A stretch of DNA of 64,000 bases, from positions 101,268-165,267 of the forward strand of contig CAVZIN010000010.1 of assembly GCA_963775315.1 (NCBI GenBank). The letters run 5' to 3'. Shown here in pieces: positions 10,233 to 21,020 of the stretch. How positions within the stretch are numbered: position 1 is the stretch's first letter; each line of letters starts with the position of its first letter. The position numbers were made by a program, and so were the translations under genes. The notes under the pieces were generated by a model. That model did no database searches. It worked only from the letters and a program-made list of their open reading frames with translations, and was not told the origin of the DNA. The DNA comes from an uncultured Alphaproteobacteria bacterium. GTDB taxonomy: Bacteria > Pseudomonadota > Alphaproteobacteria > MPNO01 > DASWLB01.

Positions 10233-11627
10233 ATGGCCGGCGACCGCAGCGGACCGCGCCGGCTCGATCCGACGATCCTGCGCGAGTACGACATCCGCGG
10301 CGTCATCGGCAAGACGCTGAACGCCGACGACGCCTTCGCCATCGGCCGCGCCTTCGCCACCATGGTCGCCGCGGACGGCGGGAAGCGCGTCGCGGTCGGG
10401 CGCGACGGGCGCGTCTCCTCGCCCGAGATCGAGGGCGCCGTCGCCGAGGGGATTGTCGCGGCCGGGCTCGACGCGCTCCGCATCGGGCTTGGCCCGACAC
10501 CGATGCTGTATTTCGCCGTCCACCATCTCGGCGCCGACGCCGGGCTCTGCGTCTCGGGCTCGCACAACCCGCCCGATTACAACGGCTTCAAGATGATGAT
10601 GGGAAAGGCGCCGTTCTACGGCGCCGACATCCAGAAGCTGGGCAAGATCTGCGCCGACGGCGCGTTCGCGAGCGGCCAGGGCCGCGCCAGCGAGAACCCG
10701 GTGTTCGACGATTACGTTGCGCGCCTGCTCGCCGACTACCGGCCCGGCCGGGCGCTCAAGATCGCGTGGGACGCGGGCAACGGCGCGGCCGGCGAGGCGA
10801 TGGTCAAGGTCGCCGCGAAGATTGCCGGCGAGAGCATCCTGCTCAACGAGGTGATCGACGGCACCTTCCCGGTGCATCATCCCGACCCGACCGTGCCCGA
10901 GAACCTCGAGCAGCTGCGCGCGACGGTGACCGAGGAGGATTGCGACTTCGGGATCGCCTTCGACGGCGATGGCGACCGGATCGGCGTGGTCGACGGCAGG
11001 GGCCGCATCCTTTGGGGCGACCAGTTCATGGTGCTGCTCGCACAGGACGTTCTGAAGGACCGGCCCGGAGCGACGATCATCGCCGACGTGAAGGCAAGCC
11101 AGACCCTGTTCGACCGCATCGGCGAGATGGGCGGGAAACCGCTGATGTGGCGCACCGGCCATTCGCTGATCAAGGCCAAGATGGCCGAAACCGGCGCGCC
11201 GCTTGCCGGCGAGATGTCCGGCCACATCTTCTTCGCCGACCGCTATTACGGCTATGACGACGCGCTCTACGCCGCCGTGCGGCTGATCAACCTGCTGGGC
11301 CATTCCGATCGCACGCTGACCCAGTTCCGCGACTCCCTGCCGCCGGTGGTGAACACGCCCGAGCTGCGCTTTCCCTGTTCGGAGGAGCGCAAGTTCGTCG
11401 TGGTCGACGAGGTGAAGTCGCGCCTTGCCGCCGCCGGCGCCGAAGTGAACGACACGGACGGCGTGCGGGTGAAGTCGGCCGAGGGATGGTGGCTGCTGCG
11501 CGCCTCGAACACCCAGGACGTGCTGGTTGCGCGCTGCGAGGCCCGCGACGCCCACGGTCTCGAACGGCTCAAGGCGACGCTCACCGACCAGCTCGGGCAG
11601 AGCGGCATCGCCCCGCCGGAATTCTGA
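10233..11627 (+). CDS. Phosphomannomutase/phosphoglucomutase
   Basis: REYDIRG, SGSHNP, FDGDGDR, GEMSGH, RASNT. Confidence 0.93.
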   Translation: MAGDRSGPRRLDPTILREYDIRGVIGKTLNADDAFAIGRAFATMVAADGGKRVAVGRDGRVSSPEIEGAVAEGIVAAGLDALRIGLGPTPMLYFAVHHLGADAGLCVSGSHNPPDYNGFKMMMGKAPFYGADIQKLGKICADGAFASGQGRASENPVFDDYVARLLADYRPGRALKIAWDAGNGAAGEAMVKVAAKIAGESILLNEVIDGTFPVHHPDPTVPENLEQLRATVTEEDCDFGIAFDGDGDRIGVVDGRGRILWGDQFMVLLAQDVLKDRPGATIIADVKASQTLFDRIGEMGGKPLMWRTGHSLIKAKMAETGAPLAGEMSGHIFFADRYYGYDDALYAAVRLINLLGHSDRTLTQFRDSLPPVVNTPELRFPCSEERKFVVVDEVKSRLAAAGAEVNDTDGVRVKSAEGWWLLRASNTQDVLVARCEARDAHGLERLKATLTDQLGQSGIAPPEF

Positions 11628-11653
11628 GCGCGCGCGGCCGGCGCCGTCCGGGC

Positions 11654-12052
11654 ATGCGCTTCTTCTTCTACGGCACGCTGCGCGACGCCGACGTGCGCCG
11701 CAAGGTGATCGGCCCGGCGGTCGCACGGCTCGCTATCGAGCCGGCCACCCTCCCGGGCTACGCCTGCGTCTTTATGCGGGGCCGCCCCTATCCGGTTCTG
11801 CGCGCCAGAGAGGGCGCGGCGGCCGAGGGCGTCCTCACCGCGCCGCTTGCCGCGGTCGAAGCGGCGCGGATCGACCGTTTCGAGACGGACGAATATCGCG
11901 CCGGCCCCGCAACCGTCCTCACCGAAGCGGGGGAGCCCGTCACGGCGCGCGTCTATTTCGCCGCGCGGTCGGGCCTCGCCTCCGAGGTGCCGTGGTCGCT
12001 CGCCGACTGGCAGCGCCGCCACAAGAAGACGCTGCTGCGCACCTGGTTTTGA
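11654..12052 (+). CDS. Gamma-glutamylcyclotransferase family protein
   Basis: MRFFFYGTLRD N-terminus, YP motif, IDRFE...Y. Confidence 0.8.
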   Translation: MRFFFYGTLRDADVRRKVIGPAVARLAIEPATLPGYACVFMRGRPYPVLRAREGAAAEGVLTAPLAAVEAARIDRFETDEYRAGPATVLTEAGEPVTARVYFAARSGLASEVPWSLADWQRRHKKTLLRTWF

Positions 12053-12068
12053 GGCCGGGGCCGCTGCT

Positions 12069-12857
12069 CTACAGCTCGGCCTCGCCCTCGGCGGCGAGGC
12101 GGCAGCGCCCGCCGATCGCGACGCGCTCGCCCTTGTCCTCGCAGAAGAGTTCGCCGCCGCGCTCCGACACCTGCCGCGCGTGGAGCTTCGCCTTGCCCAG
12201 CCGCTCCGCCCAATACGGCACGAGCGTGCAGTGCGTCGAGCCCGTGACCGGGTCCTCGGGAATGCCGAAGCTCGGCCCGAAATAGCGCGAGACGAAGTCG
12301 CACCCGTCTTCCGCCCCGCCCGGCGCGGTCGCGATCACCCCGTAGGGGTGGAGCCGCTTCAGCACCTCGAAATCGGGTGCAAGGGTGCGCACTGCATCCG
12401 CCTCGTCGAAAACGGCAAGGATGTTGGCGGCCCGCCATGTCTCGGCCGGCACGGCGCCGAGCCCTTCCTCGAGGATCGGGGGCGCCTCGATCGGCACCGG
12501 CGGAAGGGACGGGAAATCCATCACCAGCAGGTCACGGGCGCGCGAAACGCCAAGCGCGCCGGACCGCGTAGCAAACGAGATTTTGCGCCGGGCGGGCGCC
12601 AGCCGGTCGAACACGACGAAGGCCGACGCGAGCGTCGCGTGGCCGCAAAGCGCGACCTCCACGGTGGGCGAGAACCAGCGGAGCGCATAGCCTCGCCCTG
12701 TGGGCACCAGGAAGGCGGTCTCGGAAAGCGCGTTCCGCGCGGCCAGTGCCTGCATGGCCGAATCTTCCGGCCAATCCGCCAGCGGGCAGACGGCAGCCGA
12801 GTTGCCGCGGCATGTGTCGGAGACGAAGGCGTCGACGATCAGGTTGGGTACGCGCAT
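12069..12857 (-). CDS. PhzF family isomerase/epimerase
   Basis: VDAF...GNSAAV, SETAF, EVALCGHATLA, EDPVTGS. Confidence 0.9.
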   Translation of the reverse strand: MRVPNLIVDAFVSDTCRGNSAAVCPLADWPEDSAMQALAARNALSETAFLVPTGRGYALRWFSPTVEVALCGHATLASAFVVFDRLAPARRKISFATRSGALGVSRARDLLVMDFPSLPPVPIEAPPILEEGLGAVPAETWRAANILAVFDEADAVRTLAPDFEVLKRLHPYGVIATAPGGAEDGCDFVSRYFGPSFGIPEDPVTGSTHCTLVPYWAERLGKAKLHARQVSERGGELFCEDKGERVAIGGRCRLAAEGEAEL

Positions 12858-12887
12858 GGCGGCGGGAGAATGGGGGCGCGGGCCGGT

Positions 12888-13694
12888 TCAGTCGAGTCCG
12901 AAATCCCGCACCGTGTGCGAATGGCCGAGCGGGCCGTGCCCTTTGCCGTAGCCGGGGGCGGCGCGAATCGCCGCCTGCAGGTAGGCATGGGCGCGCGCGA
13001 CCGCAGCCTCCAGCGCCATGCCGCGCGCGATGCCGGCGGCGATCGCCGAGGCGAGCGTGCAGCCGGTGCCATGGGTGTGCCGGGTTTCAATTCGCGCCGC
13101 CTCGAACACGCGCGCGCCCGCGTCGCTGACCAGGAGGTCGCGGACGACCGGGCCCTCGCCGTGCCCGCCCTTGAGCAGCACGGCGGCGGCGCCCATCGCG
13201 CGCAGCCTGTCGGCGGCGCGCCGCATGTCGGCGAGCGTGCCGATGGCGAGGCCCACGAGCGCCTCGGCCTCGGGCAGATTGGGGGTGAGCACGGCGGCAC
13301 GCGGCACCGCGACGCTGCGAAGCGTGTCGAGCGCCTGCGCCTCCAGGAGGTCCGCGCCGCCCTTCGCCACCAGCACCGGATCGACCACCACCGGCACGCC
13401 CGGCAGCGTCTCGTCGAGCGTGGCGAAGACCGCCTCGATCACCTCCACCGAATGCAGCATGCCGGTCTTGACGCAATCGGCGCCGATATCCTCGGCCACC
13501 AGGCGGATCTGGTCGCGCACGAAACCGGGTGCGACCGGCACGACGCCGAAGACGCCGAGCGTGTTCTGGGCAGTCAGCGCGGTGATCGCGGTCGCGGCGT
13601 AGGAATCGAGCGCGGTGATCGCCTTGATGTCGGCCTGGATGCCCGCCCCCCCGCCGGAATCGGAGCCGGCGACGACCAGCACGCGGCCGATCAT
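12888..13694 (-). CDS. thiD: Hydroxymethylpyrimidine/phosphomethylpyrimidine kinase
   Basis: AGSDSGGGAGIQADIK, TPNLPEA, HGTGCTLASA. Confidence 0.95.
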   Translation of the reverse strand: MIGRVLVVAGSDSGGGAGIQADIKAITALDSYAATAITALTAQNTLGVFGVVPVAPGFVRDQIRLVAEDIGADCVKTGMLHSVEVIEAVFATLDETLPGVPVVVDPVLVAKGGADLLEAQALDTLRSVAVPRAAVLTPNLPEAEALVGLAIGTLADMRRAADRLRAMGAAAVLLKGGHGEGPVVRDLLVSDAGARVFEAARIETRHTHGTGCTLASAIAAGIARGMALEAAVARAHAYLQAAIRAAPGYGKGHGPLGHSHTVRDFGLD

Positions 13695-13719
13695 CTCGCC
13701 CGCCCGGCGGGACGTTGCA

Positions 13720-15105
13720 CTAGCTTGCCCGCTTCACGCCGACGCGCGCCGCGCCGGACCCGCAGGCAAGCTCGATGGCGCCGACGATCTCGGCCACGAC
13801 GTTGCCGATCAGTACCTCGTCCTCGCCCTCGGCCATCACGCGGATGACCGGCTCCGTGCCCGACTTGCGGATCAGGATGCGGCCGCTGGCGCCCAGCCGG
13901 CTCTCGCCCGCTTTCACCGCCTTCTGGACCGAGATTTCCTCGAGCGGCGTGGCGCCGTTGCCGAACCGCACGTTGCGCAGGAGCTGGGGCAGCGGGGTGA
14001 ACATGCGCCCCACCTCCGAAGCCTGCTTCCCGGCGCGTACCACGCAGGCCAGGACCTCGAGCGCCGCGATCAGCCCGTCGCCGGTGGTGTTGTAGTCGCC
14101 GAGGATGATGTGGCCGGACTGCTCGCCGCCCACGTTGAAGCCACCGGCGCGCATCTTCTCGACGACATAGCGGTCGCCGACCTGCGTGCGCACCAGCGCG
14201 AGGCCGAGGCTCCCGAGGTAGCGTTCGAGCCCCAGGTTGGACATGACGGTCGCGACGAGCCCGCCGCCCTTGAGCCGCCCCTCGCGCTGCCAGTTGCTGG
14301 CGACCATGGCCATGAGCTGGTCGCCGTCGAGCAATTCTCCATGCTCGTCGGCGACGAGCACGCGATCGGCGTCGCCGTCGAGGGCGATGCCGAGGTCGGC
14401 GCCGTGCTGCCGGACGGCCGCCTGCATGGCCGCCGTATCCGTCGAGCCGCAGCCGTCATTGATGTTGAAGCCGCTTGGCTCGACGCCGATCGGAACCACC
14501 TCGGCGCCCAGCTCCCACAGCGCGAGCGGAGCGACCTTGTAGGCGGCACCATGCGCGCAATCGATGACGATCTTGAGCCCGTCGAGCCGGTAGCCGCGCG
14601 GGAACGTGTTCTTGGCAAACTCGATATAGCGGCCCTCGACGTCGTCCAGGCGGCGGGCGCGGCCGAGCCGGGCCGGCGTCGCGAGGGCCTCCGCGAGCCC
14701 ATTGTCCATCAGCCGCTCGATCTCGGCCTCGGCCTCGTCCGACAGCTTATAGCCGTCCGGGCCGAACAGCTTGATCCCGTTGTCCTCGTAGGGGTTGTGC
14801 GACGCCGAGATCATCACCCCGAGATCGGCGCGGAGCGAGCGGGTCAGCATGGCGACGGCGGGCGTCGGCATCGGGCCGGCGAAGGTGACGTCCATCCCCA
14901 TCGAGATGAAGCCGGCGGCGAGCGCCGGCTCGAGCATGTAGCCCGACAGCCGGGTGTCCTTGCCGATCACCACGGTGTGGCGATGGTCGCCGCGCGTGAA
15001 CAGCTTGCCCGCCGCCATCCCGACACGGAGCGCCACCTCCGCCGTCATCGCGCCGGCATTGGCCGTGCCGCGAATCCCGTCGGTTCCGAACAGCTTGCGC
15101 GTCAT
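13720..15105 (-). CDS. glmM: Phosphoglucosamine mutase
   Basis: [34 protein letters not shown]; folP-glmM synteny. Confidence 0.96.
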   Translation of the reverse strand: MTRKLFGTDGIRGTANAGAMTAEVALRVGMAAGKLFTRGDHRHTVVIGKDTRLSGYMLEPALAAGFISMGMDVTFAGPMPTPAVAMLTRSLRADLGVMISASHNPYEDNGIKLFGPDGYKLSDEAEAEIERLMDNGLAEALATPARLGRARRLDDVEGRYIEFAKNTFPRGYRLDGLKIVIDCAHGAAYKVAPLALWELGAEVVPIGVEPSGFNINDGCGSTDTAAMQAAVRQHGADLGIALDGDADRVLVADEHGELLDGDQLMAMVASNWQREGRLKGGGLVATVMSNLGLERYLGSLGLALVRTQVGDRYVVEKMRAGGFNVGGEQSGHIILGDYNTTGDGLIAALEVLACVVRAGKQASEVGRMFTPLPQLLRNVRFGNGATPLEEISVQKAVKAGESRLGASGRILIRKSGTEPVIRVMAEGEDEVLIGNVVAEIVGAIELACGSGAARVGVKRAS

Positions 15106-15210
15106 GAAGCCCCCAACCCGTCCAGGGCAGTCGCCCCCGCCGCGAGCGTGCCTATCATACCACCAATTTACGATTAACGCTCTCGGCCCCCGCCCATCGC
15201 GTGACTGCCG

Positions 15211-16185
15211 TCACAATCCCAGCGCGTCGCGCGTGGCGGCGACGTCATGTACCCGAACGATCTGCGCCCCCTGGGCGGCGGCGGCCCGCGCGGCCGCGAG
15301 CGATGCCTCGGCCCCGCCGGGCAGCTTCCCTGAGATGCCCACCAGCAAGGCGCAGCCGAGCCCGTGGAAGATCGAGAGAGCGTCGAGCACCTGGTACTTG
15401 TGGGCGAAGCTCATCCCGAAGCCGAAGCCGGGATCGACCGCGAGACGCGCCCGCGGGATTCCTGCCTCCTCGCACGCCGCGATGCGGGCCTCGAGGAAGC
15501 GGAAAATCTCATAGGGTGCGTGTTCGTAATGCGGGTCGAGGTTCATCGTGGCCGGCTCGCCCTTCTTGTGCATCAGGACGGCCGAAGCCCCCGCAAGCGC
15601 CACCAGGCTGAGCGCGCCGAACGCCTGGAGAGCGTTGACGTCATTGACGATGGAAGCGCCGGAATCGATCGCCGGTCCCATGATTCCGGGCTTATAGGTA
15701 TCGATCGAGACGGGCACCGGCGCGCCGGAAAGCGCCTTCAGCACCGGCAGGACGCGGGCGAACTCCTCGGCCTCGGAAATCGGCTGGGCGCCCGGACGCG
15801 TCGACTCGCCGCCGATATCGACGATGTCGGCCCCCGCCGCGGTCTGGGCATGGGCGTGGGCAATGGCCGCTTCGGCTCCGGGATGGCGGACATGGAACGA
15901 GTTCGGCGTCGCGTTGACGATGCCCATGATGCGCGGGCGGTCGAGCGGGACCCCGGCGAAGGGCGGGCGCGGCGCCGTGATCCGGGCGAGCAGCGTGCGG
16001 GCGCGGACGCCGAGCGGGCCTGGAAGCGCCACCAGCGCGCGTCGCTCGACCATGGCGCTCTCGATCCGCCTGTCGCGGAGGTAGAGCGCCTCGCAGGCCT
16101 CGAACGCATCGCGGTCGCCGTTCGCGATGTCGAGCGGCCGCAGCGCCATAGATATCGGATCGTCGGTCGGGATGAGGGAGGGCAT
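15211..16185 (-). CDS. folP: Dihydropteroate synthase (divergent motifs)
   Basis: MGIVNATPNSF, DIGGESTRPG, DPGFGFG, RVHDV; lies between ftsH and glmM. Confidence 0.85.
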   Translation of the reverse strand: MPSLIPTDDPISMALRPLDIANGDRDAFEACEALYLRDRRIESAMVERRALVALPGPLGVRARTLLARITAPRPPFAGVPLDRPRIMGIVNATPNSFHVRHPGAEAAIAHAHAQTAAGADIVDIGGESTRPGAQPISEAEEFARVLPVLKALSGAPVPVSIDTYKPGIMGPAIDSGASIVNDVNALQAFGALSLVALAGASAVLMHKKGEPATMNLDPHYEHAPYEIFRFLEARIAACEEAGIPRARLAVDPGFGFGMSFAHKYQVLDALSIFHGLGCALLVGISGKLPGGAEASLAAARAAAAQGAQIVRVHDVAATRDALGL

Positions 16186-16275
16186 GCGGAATGGCGCATC
16201 AGGCTGAAAGCGAAGGGGCCCCCATCCGTCGACGCGCTCGGGATGAGGGCCCCATTGATCGCAAAGGGGACGGGC

Positions 16276-18213
16276 CTAGGTCCCCGGCTGGGGCTCGGGC
16301 TCCAGACCGCCGGGACTGTCCTTCGGCCGATCGCGGCTGCCCGATTGGGGCACCGAGGATTTCGGCTTCTGGTCCTTCACCGGCGGCTCCGAATCCTCCG
16401 GCCGCAGGATCGGCTCGCCACGGAGCAGCGCCGCCACCTCCTCGCCCGACAGCGACTCGTACTCCAGCAGGGCACGGGCGACCTTCTCCAGGTCGTCGCG
16501 GTGCTCGGTCAGGATGCGCCGCGCAGTCGTCTCGGCCTCGTCGATCAGGCGACGGATCTCCTCGTCGATCATCTTGGCCGTGGCGTCGGACACGTTCTTG
16601 CGCTGGGTCACCGAGTGGCCGAGGAACACCTCCTCCTCGTTGTCGGAGTAGCGCAGCGGTCCCAGCTTCGCGGAGAAGCCGAACTCGGTCACCATGCGCC
16701 GGGCATAGCCGGTGGCCACCTGGATGTCGTTGCCGGCGCCGGTCGTCACGTTTTCCGAGCCGAACACCAGCTCCTCCGCCACGCGCCCGCCGAACAGCGA
16801 GGCGAGCTTGGAGGTGAGCTCCACCCGGGAGTGCGCATAGCGGTCGCGCTCGGGCAGCGACATGGTGACGCCCAGCGCCCGGCCGCGCGGGATGATGGTG
16901 ACCTTGTGCAGCGGGTCGTGCTTCGGCACGTGCAGCCCGACCAGCGCGTGGCCGGCCTCGTGGTAGGCCGTGAGGGTTTTTTCCTCCTCGGTCATCACCA
17001 TCGAGCGGCGCTCGGCGCCCATCAGCACCTTATCCTTCGCCTCCTCGAACTCCATCATGGTGACGAGGCGCTTGTTCTTGCGCGCGGCAAGAAGCGCGGC
17101 CTCGTTCACCAAATTGGCGAGGTCGGCGCCGGAAAAGCCGGGCGTGCCGCGGGCGATGACGCGCGGATCGACGTCGGGCCCCACGGGCAGTTTCCGCATG
17201 TGGACCTTGAGGATCTTCTCGCGGCCCAGAATGTCGGGGTTCGGCACCACGACCTGGCGGTCGAACCGGCCGGGGCGCAGCAGGGCGGGGTCGAGCACGT
17301 CGGGCCGGTTGGTTGCCGCGATCAGGATGACGCCTTCGTTCGCCTCGAACCCGTCCATCTCGACCAGGAGCTGGTTCAGCGTCTGCTCGCGCTCGTCGTT
17401 GCCGCCGCCGAGCCCGGCGCCGCGATGACGCCCGACCGCGTCGATTTCGTCGATGAAGATGATGCAAGGCGCATTCTTCTTGCCCTGGTCGAACATGTCG
17501 CGCACGCGCGACGCGCCGACGCCGACGAACATCTCGACGAAATCCGAGCCGGAGATGGTGAAGAACGGCACGTTCGCCTCGCCGGCGATGGCGCGCGCGA
17601 GCAGCGTCTTGCCGGTGCCGGGCGGGCCGACCAACAGCACGCCCTTCGGGATCTTGCCGCCGAGGCGCTGGAACTTCTGCGGGTCGCGCAGGAACTCGAC
17701 GACCTCCTCCAGCTCCTGCTTCGCCTCGTCGATGCCCGCGACGTCATCGAACGTCACGCGGCCGGTACGCTCGGTCAGCAACCGCGCACGCGATTTCCCG
17801 AATCCCATCGCCTTGCCTCCACCCGACTGCATCTGGCGCATGAAGAAAATCCATACGCCGATGAGGAGCAGCATCGGGAACCACGAGATCAGGATCTGGA
17901 ACAGCGACGGCGAGCCGTCATCGGCCGGCACGGCGCGGATCACGACGCCGCGCTTGTGCAGCCGCTCGACGAGCTGGGGATCGTTGGGCGCGTAGGTGCG
18001 GAACGAGCGGCCGTCGGTGTAGTAGCCCGAGATGCCGTCGCCCTTGATGGTCACTTCGCGCACCTGGCCGTTCTCGACCTCGCTCAGGAAGTCGGAGAAG
18101 GGGATGCCGACGGAATTCGTATGCGACGAGGGGGCCTGGAACAGCTGGAACAGCGCGAACAGCAACAGGACGATGATGGTCCACAACGCGATGTTCTTGC
18201 CGAAATTGTTCAC
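16276..18213 (-). CDS. ftsH: ATP-dependent zinc metalloprotease FtsH
   Basis: Two TM segments, [18 protein letters not shown]. Confidence 0.97.
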   Translation of the reverse strand: MNNFGKNIALWTIIVLLLFALFQLFQAPSSHTNSVGIPFSDFLSEVENGQVREVTIKGDGISGYYTDGRSFRTYAPNDPQLVERLHKRGVVIRAVPADDGSPSLFQILISWFPMLLLIGVWIFFMRQMQSGGGKAMGFGKSRARLLTERTGRVTFDDVAGIDEAKQELEEVVEFLRDPQKFQRLGGKIPKGVLLVGPPGTGKTLLARAIAGEANVPFFTISGSDFVEMFVGVGASRVRDMFDQGKKNAPCIIFIDEIDAVGRHRGAGLGGGNDEREQTLNQLLVEMDGFEANEGVILIAATNRPDVLDPALLRPGRFDRQVVVPNPDILGREKILKVHMRKLPVGPDVDPRVIARGTPGFSGADLANLVNEAALLAARKNKRLVTMMEFEEAKDKVLMGAERRSMVMTEEEKTLTAYHEAGHALVGLHVPKHDPLHKVTIIPRGRALGVTMSLPERDRYAHSRVELTSKLASLFGGRVAEELVFGSENVTTGAGNDIQVATGYARRMVTEFGFSAKLGPLRYSDNEEEVFLGHSVTQRKNVSDATAKMIDEEIRRLIDEAETTARRILTEHRDDLEKVARALLEYESLSGEEVAALLRGEPILRPEDSEPPVKDQKPKSSVPQSGSRDRPKDSPGGLEPEPQPGT

Positions 18214-18322
18214 GCGCCTACCCTCGATTTCCGATTCAGCTGCGGGCCCGGTCCGTAACCGGCGGCCACGCTGGGTTTATGCGTCGATATCCGCCAGAAG
18301 ATAAGATAATGCCGTTCGACCG

Positions 18323-19375
18323 TTAAACAACACCAAATCGTGGCGGGGCAAGCGGTTGGGCCGCCCCCGCCCGGCCAAGCGGCGTCCGCCCGGCTACCCG
18401 TCGCGACCCCTCGCGCGTCACCCGAAGTCGCCCGCACGCCACAGCAAACCGGCAGCCGCCAAGCGTCCGCGCCCGGTCGAGCGTCCCGGCCCGCAGGGAT
18501 GCGTGCAGCGCCGCAAGCCGCTCGCTCCGGGGCGGATAGGCCCCGCCGCCCACCGCGAGGACCAGCCGGGCCAGCGCGCGACGGCCGATCTCGACATCGG
18601 CCGCGGCGAGGGCGGCGGCGTCGACGACGATGCCGCCGGACCGATCGGGCGCGGCGGCGCGGGCAAGGAGGTTGGCCACATCCTTTTCACGCGCGGCGCG
18701 GCCGATTCCGGCGGTGCGCGCGGCACGGGCGAGGCGGGCGGCGTCCGCGCCCGAGGCGGTGCCGGCGAGGCGGAGCCGGGCGCGGGCGAAGGTGGGGTCC
18801 CGGTTCATCGGGTCCTCGATCCAGCCCTGCCGCTCCTGGTCGAGGGTCGCGCGGAGCCGATCGCGCCCGACCGGCAGCAGCGGGCGCAGTAGCCGGAGTT
18901 CCTCCCGCTCGCCGATGGCGGCCATGCCTGCGCGGCCATCCGGCCCGCTCAATCGCGCCGCGCGCAGCGCCACCGTCTCCGCCTGATCCTCGCGATGGTG
19001 GGCGGTGAGCAGATGCAGCACGCCCTTGCCGGCGCACCATTCGGCGAGCAGGGGATAGCGCGCGCCGCGCGCCGCCGCCTCGATCCCCGTCGCGGGCTTT
19101 CTGCCCGTCCAGCGCAGGGTCACGTGCACAATGCCGCGGCCCTGGAGCCATTTGGCCACCTGCCGCGCCTCGGCGGACGCATCCGCGCGGAGCCCGTGGT
19201 CGACGGTCAGTGCCGTGATCCTGCCGTGGCGGGTCCGCGCCCACCGGTCGGCGAGCAGGGCGAGCGCCATCGAGTCCGCGCCGCCCGACACCGCGACCGC
19301 GAGGTGCGGCCGGTCCTCGAACGGCGCGAAGGGCGCCATCATCCGGTCGAATTCCGCTTCGGTCAGCCCTTGCAC
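18323..19375 (-). CDS. tilS: tRNA(Ile)-lysidine synthase
   Basis: AVSGGADS PP-loop, DHGLR, AHHREDQAET, RPLL; cpoB-tilS-ftsH synteny. Confidence 0.92.
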   Translation of the reverse strand: MQGLTEAEFDRMMAPFAPFEDRPHLAVAVSGGADSMALALLADRWARTRHGRITALTVDHGLRADASAEARQVAKWLQGRGIVHVTLRWTGRKPATGIEAAARGARYPLLAEWCAGKGVLHLLTAHHREDQAETVALRAARLSGPDGRAGMAAIGEREELRLLRPLLPVGRDRLRATLDQERQGWIEDPMNRDPTFARARLRLAGTASGADAARLARAARTAGIGRAAREKDVANLLARAAAPDRSGGIVVDAAALAAADVEIGRRALARLVLAVGGGAYPPRSERLAALHASLRAGTLDRARTLGGCRFAVACGRLRVTREGSRRVAGRTPLGRAGAAQPLAPPRFGVV

Positions 19376-20292
19376 TTCAGGCGCTGCTGCTCGCTGGCGG
19401 CGCGGTGCTTCACGGTCTCACTCGCCTTCGGGAAGCTTTCCTTGAGGCGGGAGAAGGCGGTGCAGGCCTGCTGGGTCCGGTCGAGCCGGGCGAGCGACAT
19501 GCCGAGCTTGAGCAGCGAATCCGGGGCTTTTGGGCCCTTGGCGTACTTCTCGATCCCCTCGGCGAAGGCGAAGGCCGCTTTCTGGTAGTCGTGGCGGACG
19601 TAATAGGTCTCGCCCAGCCAATACTGTGCGTTGCCGGCGAGCTTGTCCTTCGGGTGGTCCGCGATGAACGCCTTGAACGCCGTCTCCGCCTTGGCGAAAT
19701 CCTGCTGCTTCAGGAGAAGGTTGATCGCATAGTCATATTGCTGCGCCGGCGTGCCGGGTGGCAGCGCGGCGGTCTGCGCCGGCTGGGGCGGCGGCGCCCC
19801 CTGCGGCACCGCCCCCGGGGGCAACGTGCCCAGCGGACGAGGCGGCGCGCCGGGGCCGGGATGGGCGATGCCCTCCGCCCCCTCGCCCCCCGTGCCGCCG
19901 ACAGGCGGCGCGGCCGAGGCCTGCGGCGCGGGAGTACCACCCGACGGCGGGGCTGCGCCCTGCGCGCCGGGCTGCGGTGCAGCACCCTGGCTGTGCTCGA
20001 GCTCGGCCTGAAGCTTGTCGACGCGCTGGCGAAGCTCGTCGACCGCGTGGGACAGCTCCTCGTTCCGCCCGGTCACGGCGGCGATCTGGTTCTCGAGCTG
20101 GCCGAGCCGCACCTCGAGGTCGGCCCGGTACCTGGCGCTCTCGGACAGGCCGCCGGTCTGCGGCGGCCCGCCGGGATACACCTGCTCCTGAGCGCGGGCC
20201 GCGCCGGGCGGCAGGGCGAGCGCCGCCGCCGCCACGAGGGCGGCAGCGGCGAGGACGTACCGAGGATGCGCTGCGCGATACGCCGCCATCAC
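19363..20292 (-). CDS. cpoB: Tol-Pal system protein CpoB/YbgF
   Basis: Signal peptide, coiled coil, TPR motifs NAQYWLGE and KAPDSLLKLG. Confidence 0.92.
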   Translation of the reverse strand: MMAAYRAAHPRYVLAAAALVAAAALALPPGAARAQEQVYPGGPPQTGGLSESARYRADLEVRLGQLENQIAAVTGRNEELSHAVDELRQRVDKLQAELEHSQGAAPQPGAQGAAPPSGGTPAPQASAAPPVGGTGGEGAEGIAHPGPGAPPRPLGTLPPGAVPQGAPPPQPAQTAALPPGTPAQQYDYAINLLLKQQDFAKAETAFKAFIADHPKDKLAGNAQYWLGETYYVRHDYQKAAFAFAEGIEKYAKGPKAPDSLLKLGMSLARLDRTQQACTAFSRLKESFPKASETVKHRAASEQQRLKCKG

Positions 20293-20326
20293 GCCCGTCC
20301 CGTTCCCGCGGCCCGCGGCTCGCCTC

Positions 20327-20881
20327 CTAGCGGCTGACCACCGAGGGGCCGCCGGTCACGACGGTCACGGCGCGGCGGTTCTTGGCCCAGGCTTCCTCCG
20401 TCGAGCCGAGGGCGACCGGACGCTCCTTGCCGTAGGAGATCGTCTTGATCCGGCTGGTATCGACGCCGAGCGCGACCAGGTAGTCGCGCACCGAGTTGGC
20501 GCGCCGCTCGCCGAGCGCCAGGTTGTATTCGCGCGTGCCGCGCTCGTCGGTGTGGCCCTCGACGGTGACGGTGACGCTGGGATAGCGCCGCAGCCACACC
20601 GCCTGCTTCTGCAGGGTGGCGCGGGCCTCGGGCGAGAGGTCGTACTTGTCGAACGCGAAGTAGACCCGGTCGCCGACATTGACCGCCAGATCCTCCTGGG
20701 TGCCGGGCTTCGGCCCCGCCATCTCGCTCGACGAGACGCCGGAGTTCGCGCCGGACTGCGGCGCGGTCGCGGCCATTCCGCCGGTCTTCATGCTGGCGCT
20801 CTCGTCGCCGGTCGAGTCGCAACCCGCGACCACCACCAGAAGAACGCCCAGTATGGGCAGCAACTTCAAACCAGTGCGCAT
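20327..20881 (-). CDS. pal: Peptidoglycan-associated lipoprotein Pal
   Basis: Lipobox VAGC; EGHTDERGTREYNLALGERRA. Confidence 0.95.
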   Translation of the reverse strand: MRTGLKLLPILGVLLVVVAGCDSTGDESASMKTGGMAATAPQSGANSGVSSSEMAGPKPGTQEDLAVNVGDRVYFAFDKYDLSPEARATLQKQAVWLRRYPSVTVTVEGHTDERGTREYNLALGERRANSVRDYLVALGVDTSRIKTISYGKERPVALGSTEEAWAKNRRAVTVVTGGPSVVSR

Positions 20882-21020
20882 CGAGATTCCCCCAAACAAG
20901 CGGCACGGCCGACCCAGCCGCCGCGCCACGGTTGTAGCCGATGACCGCCCGTACTGAGAAGTGGCTGGGGGACGGCCATCCACAGAAACCCCGCGCCACA
21001 CCGTAAATTGTGCACCCGAT

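Noticed and set aside
15364-18258. Very long antisense and alternative-frame ORFs (964 aa here; also 6325-8892 and 11847-13847)
   Set aside because: These are shadow ORFs expected in high-GC DNA opposite well-supported genes; they are Arg/Ala/Gly-rich with no motifs.
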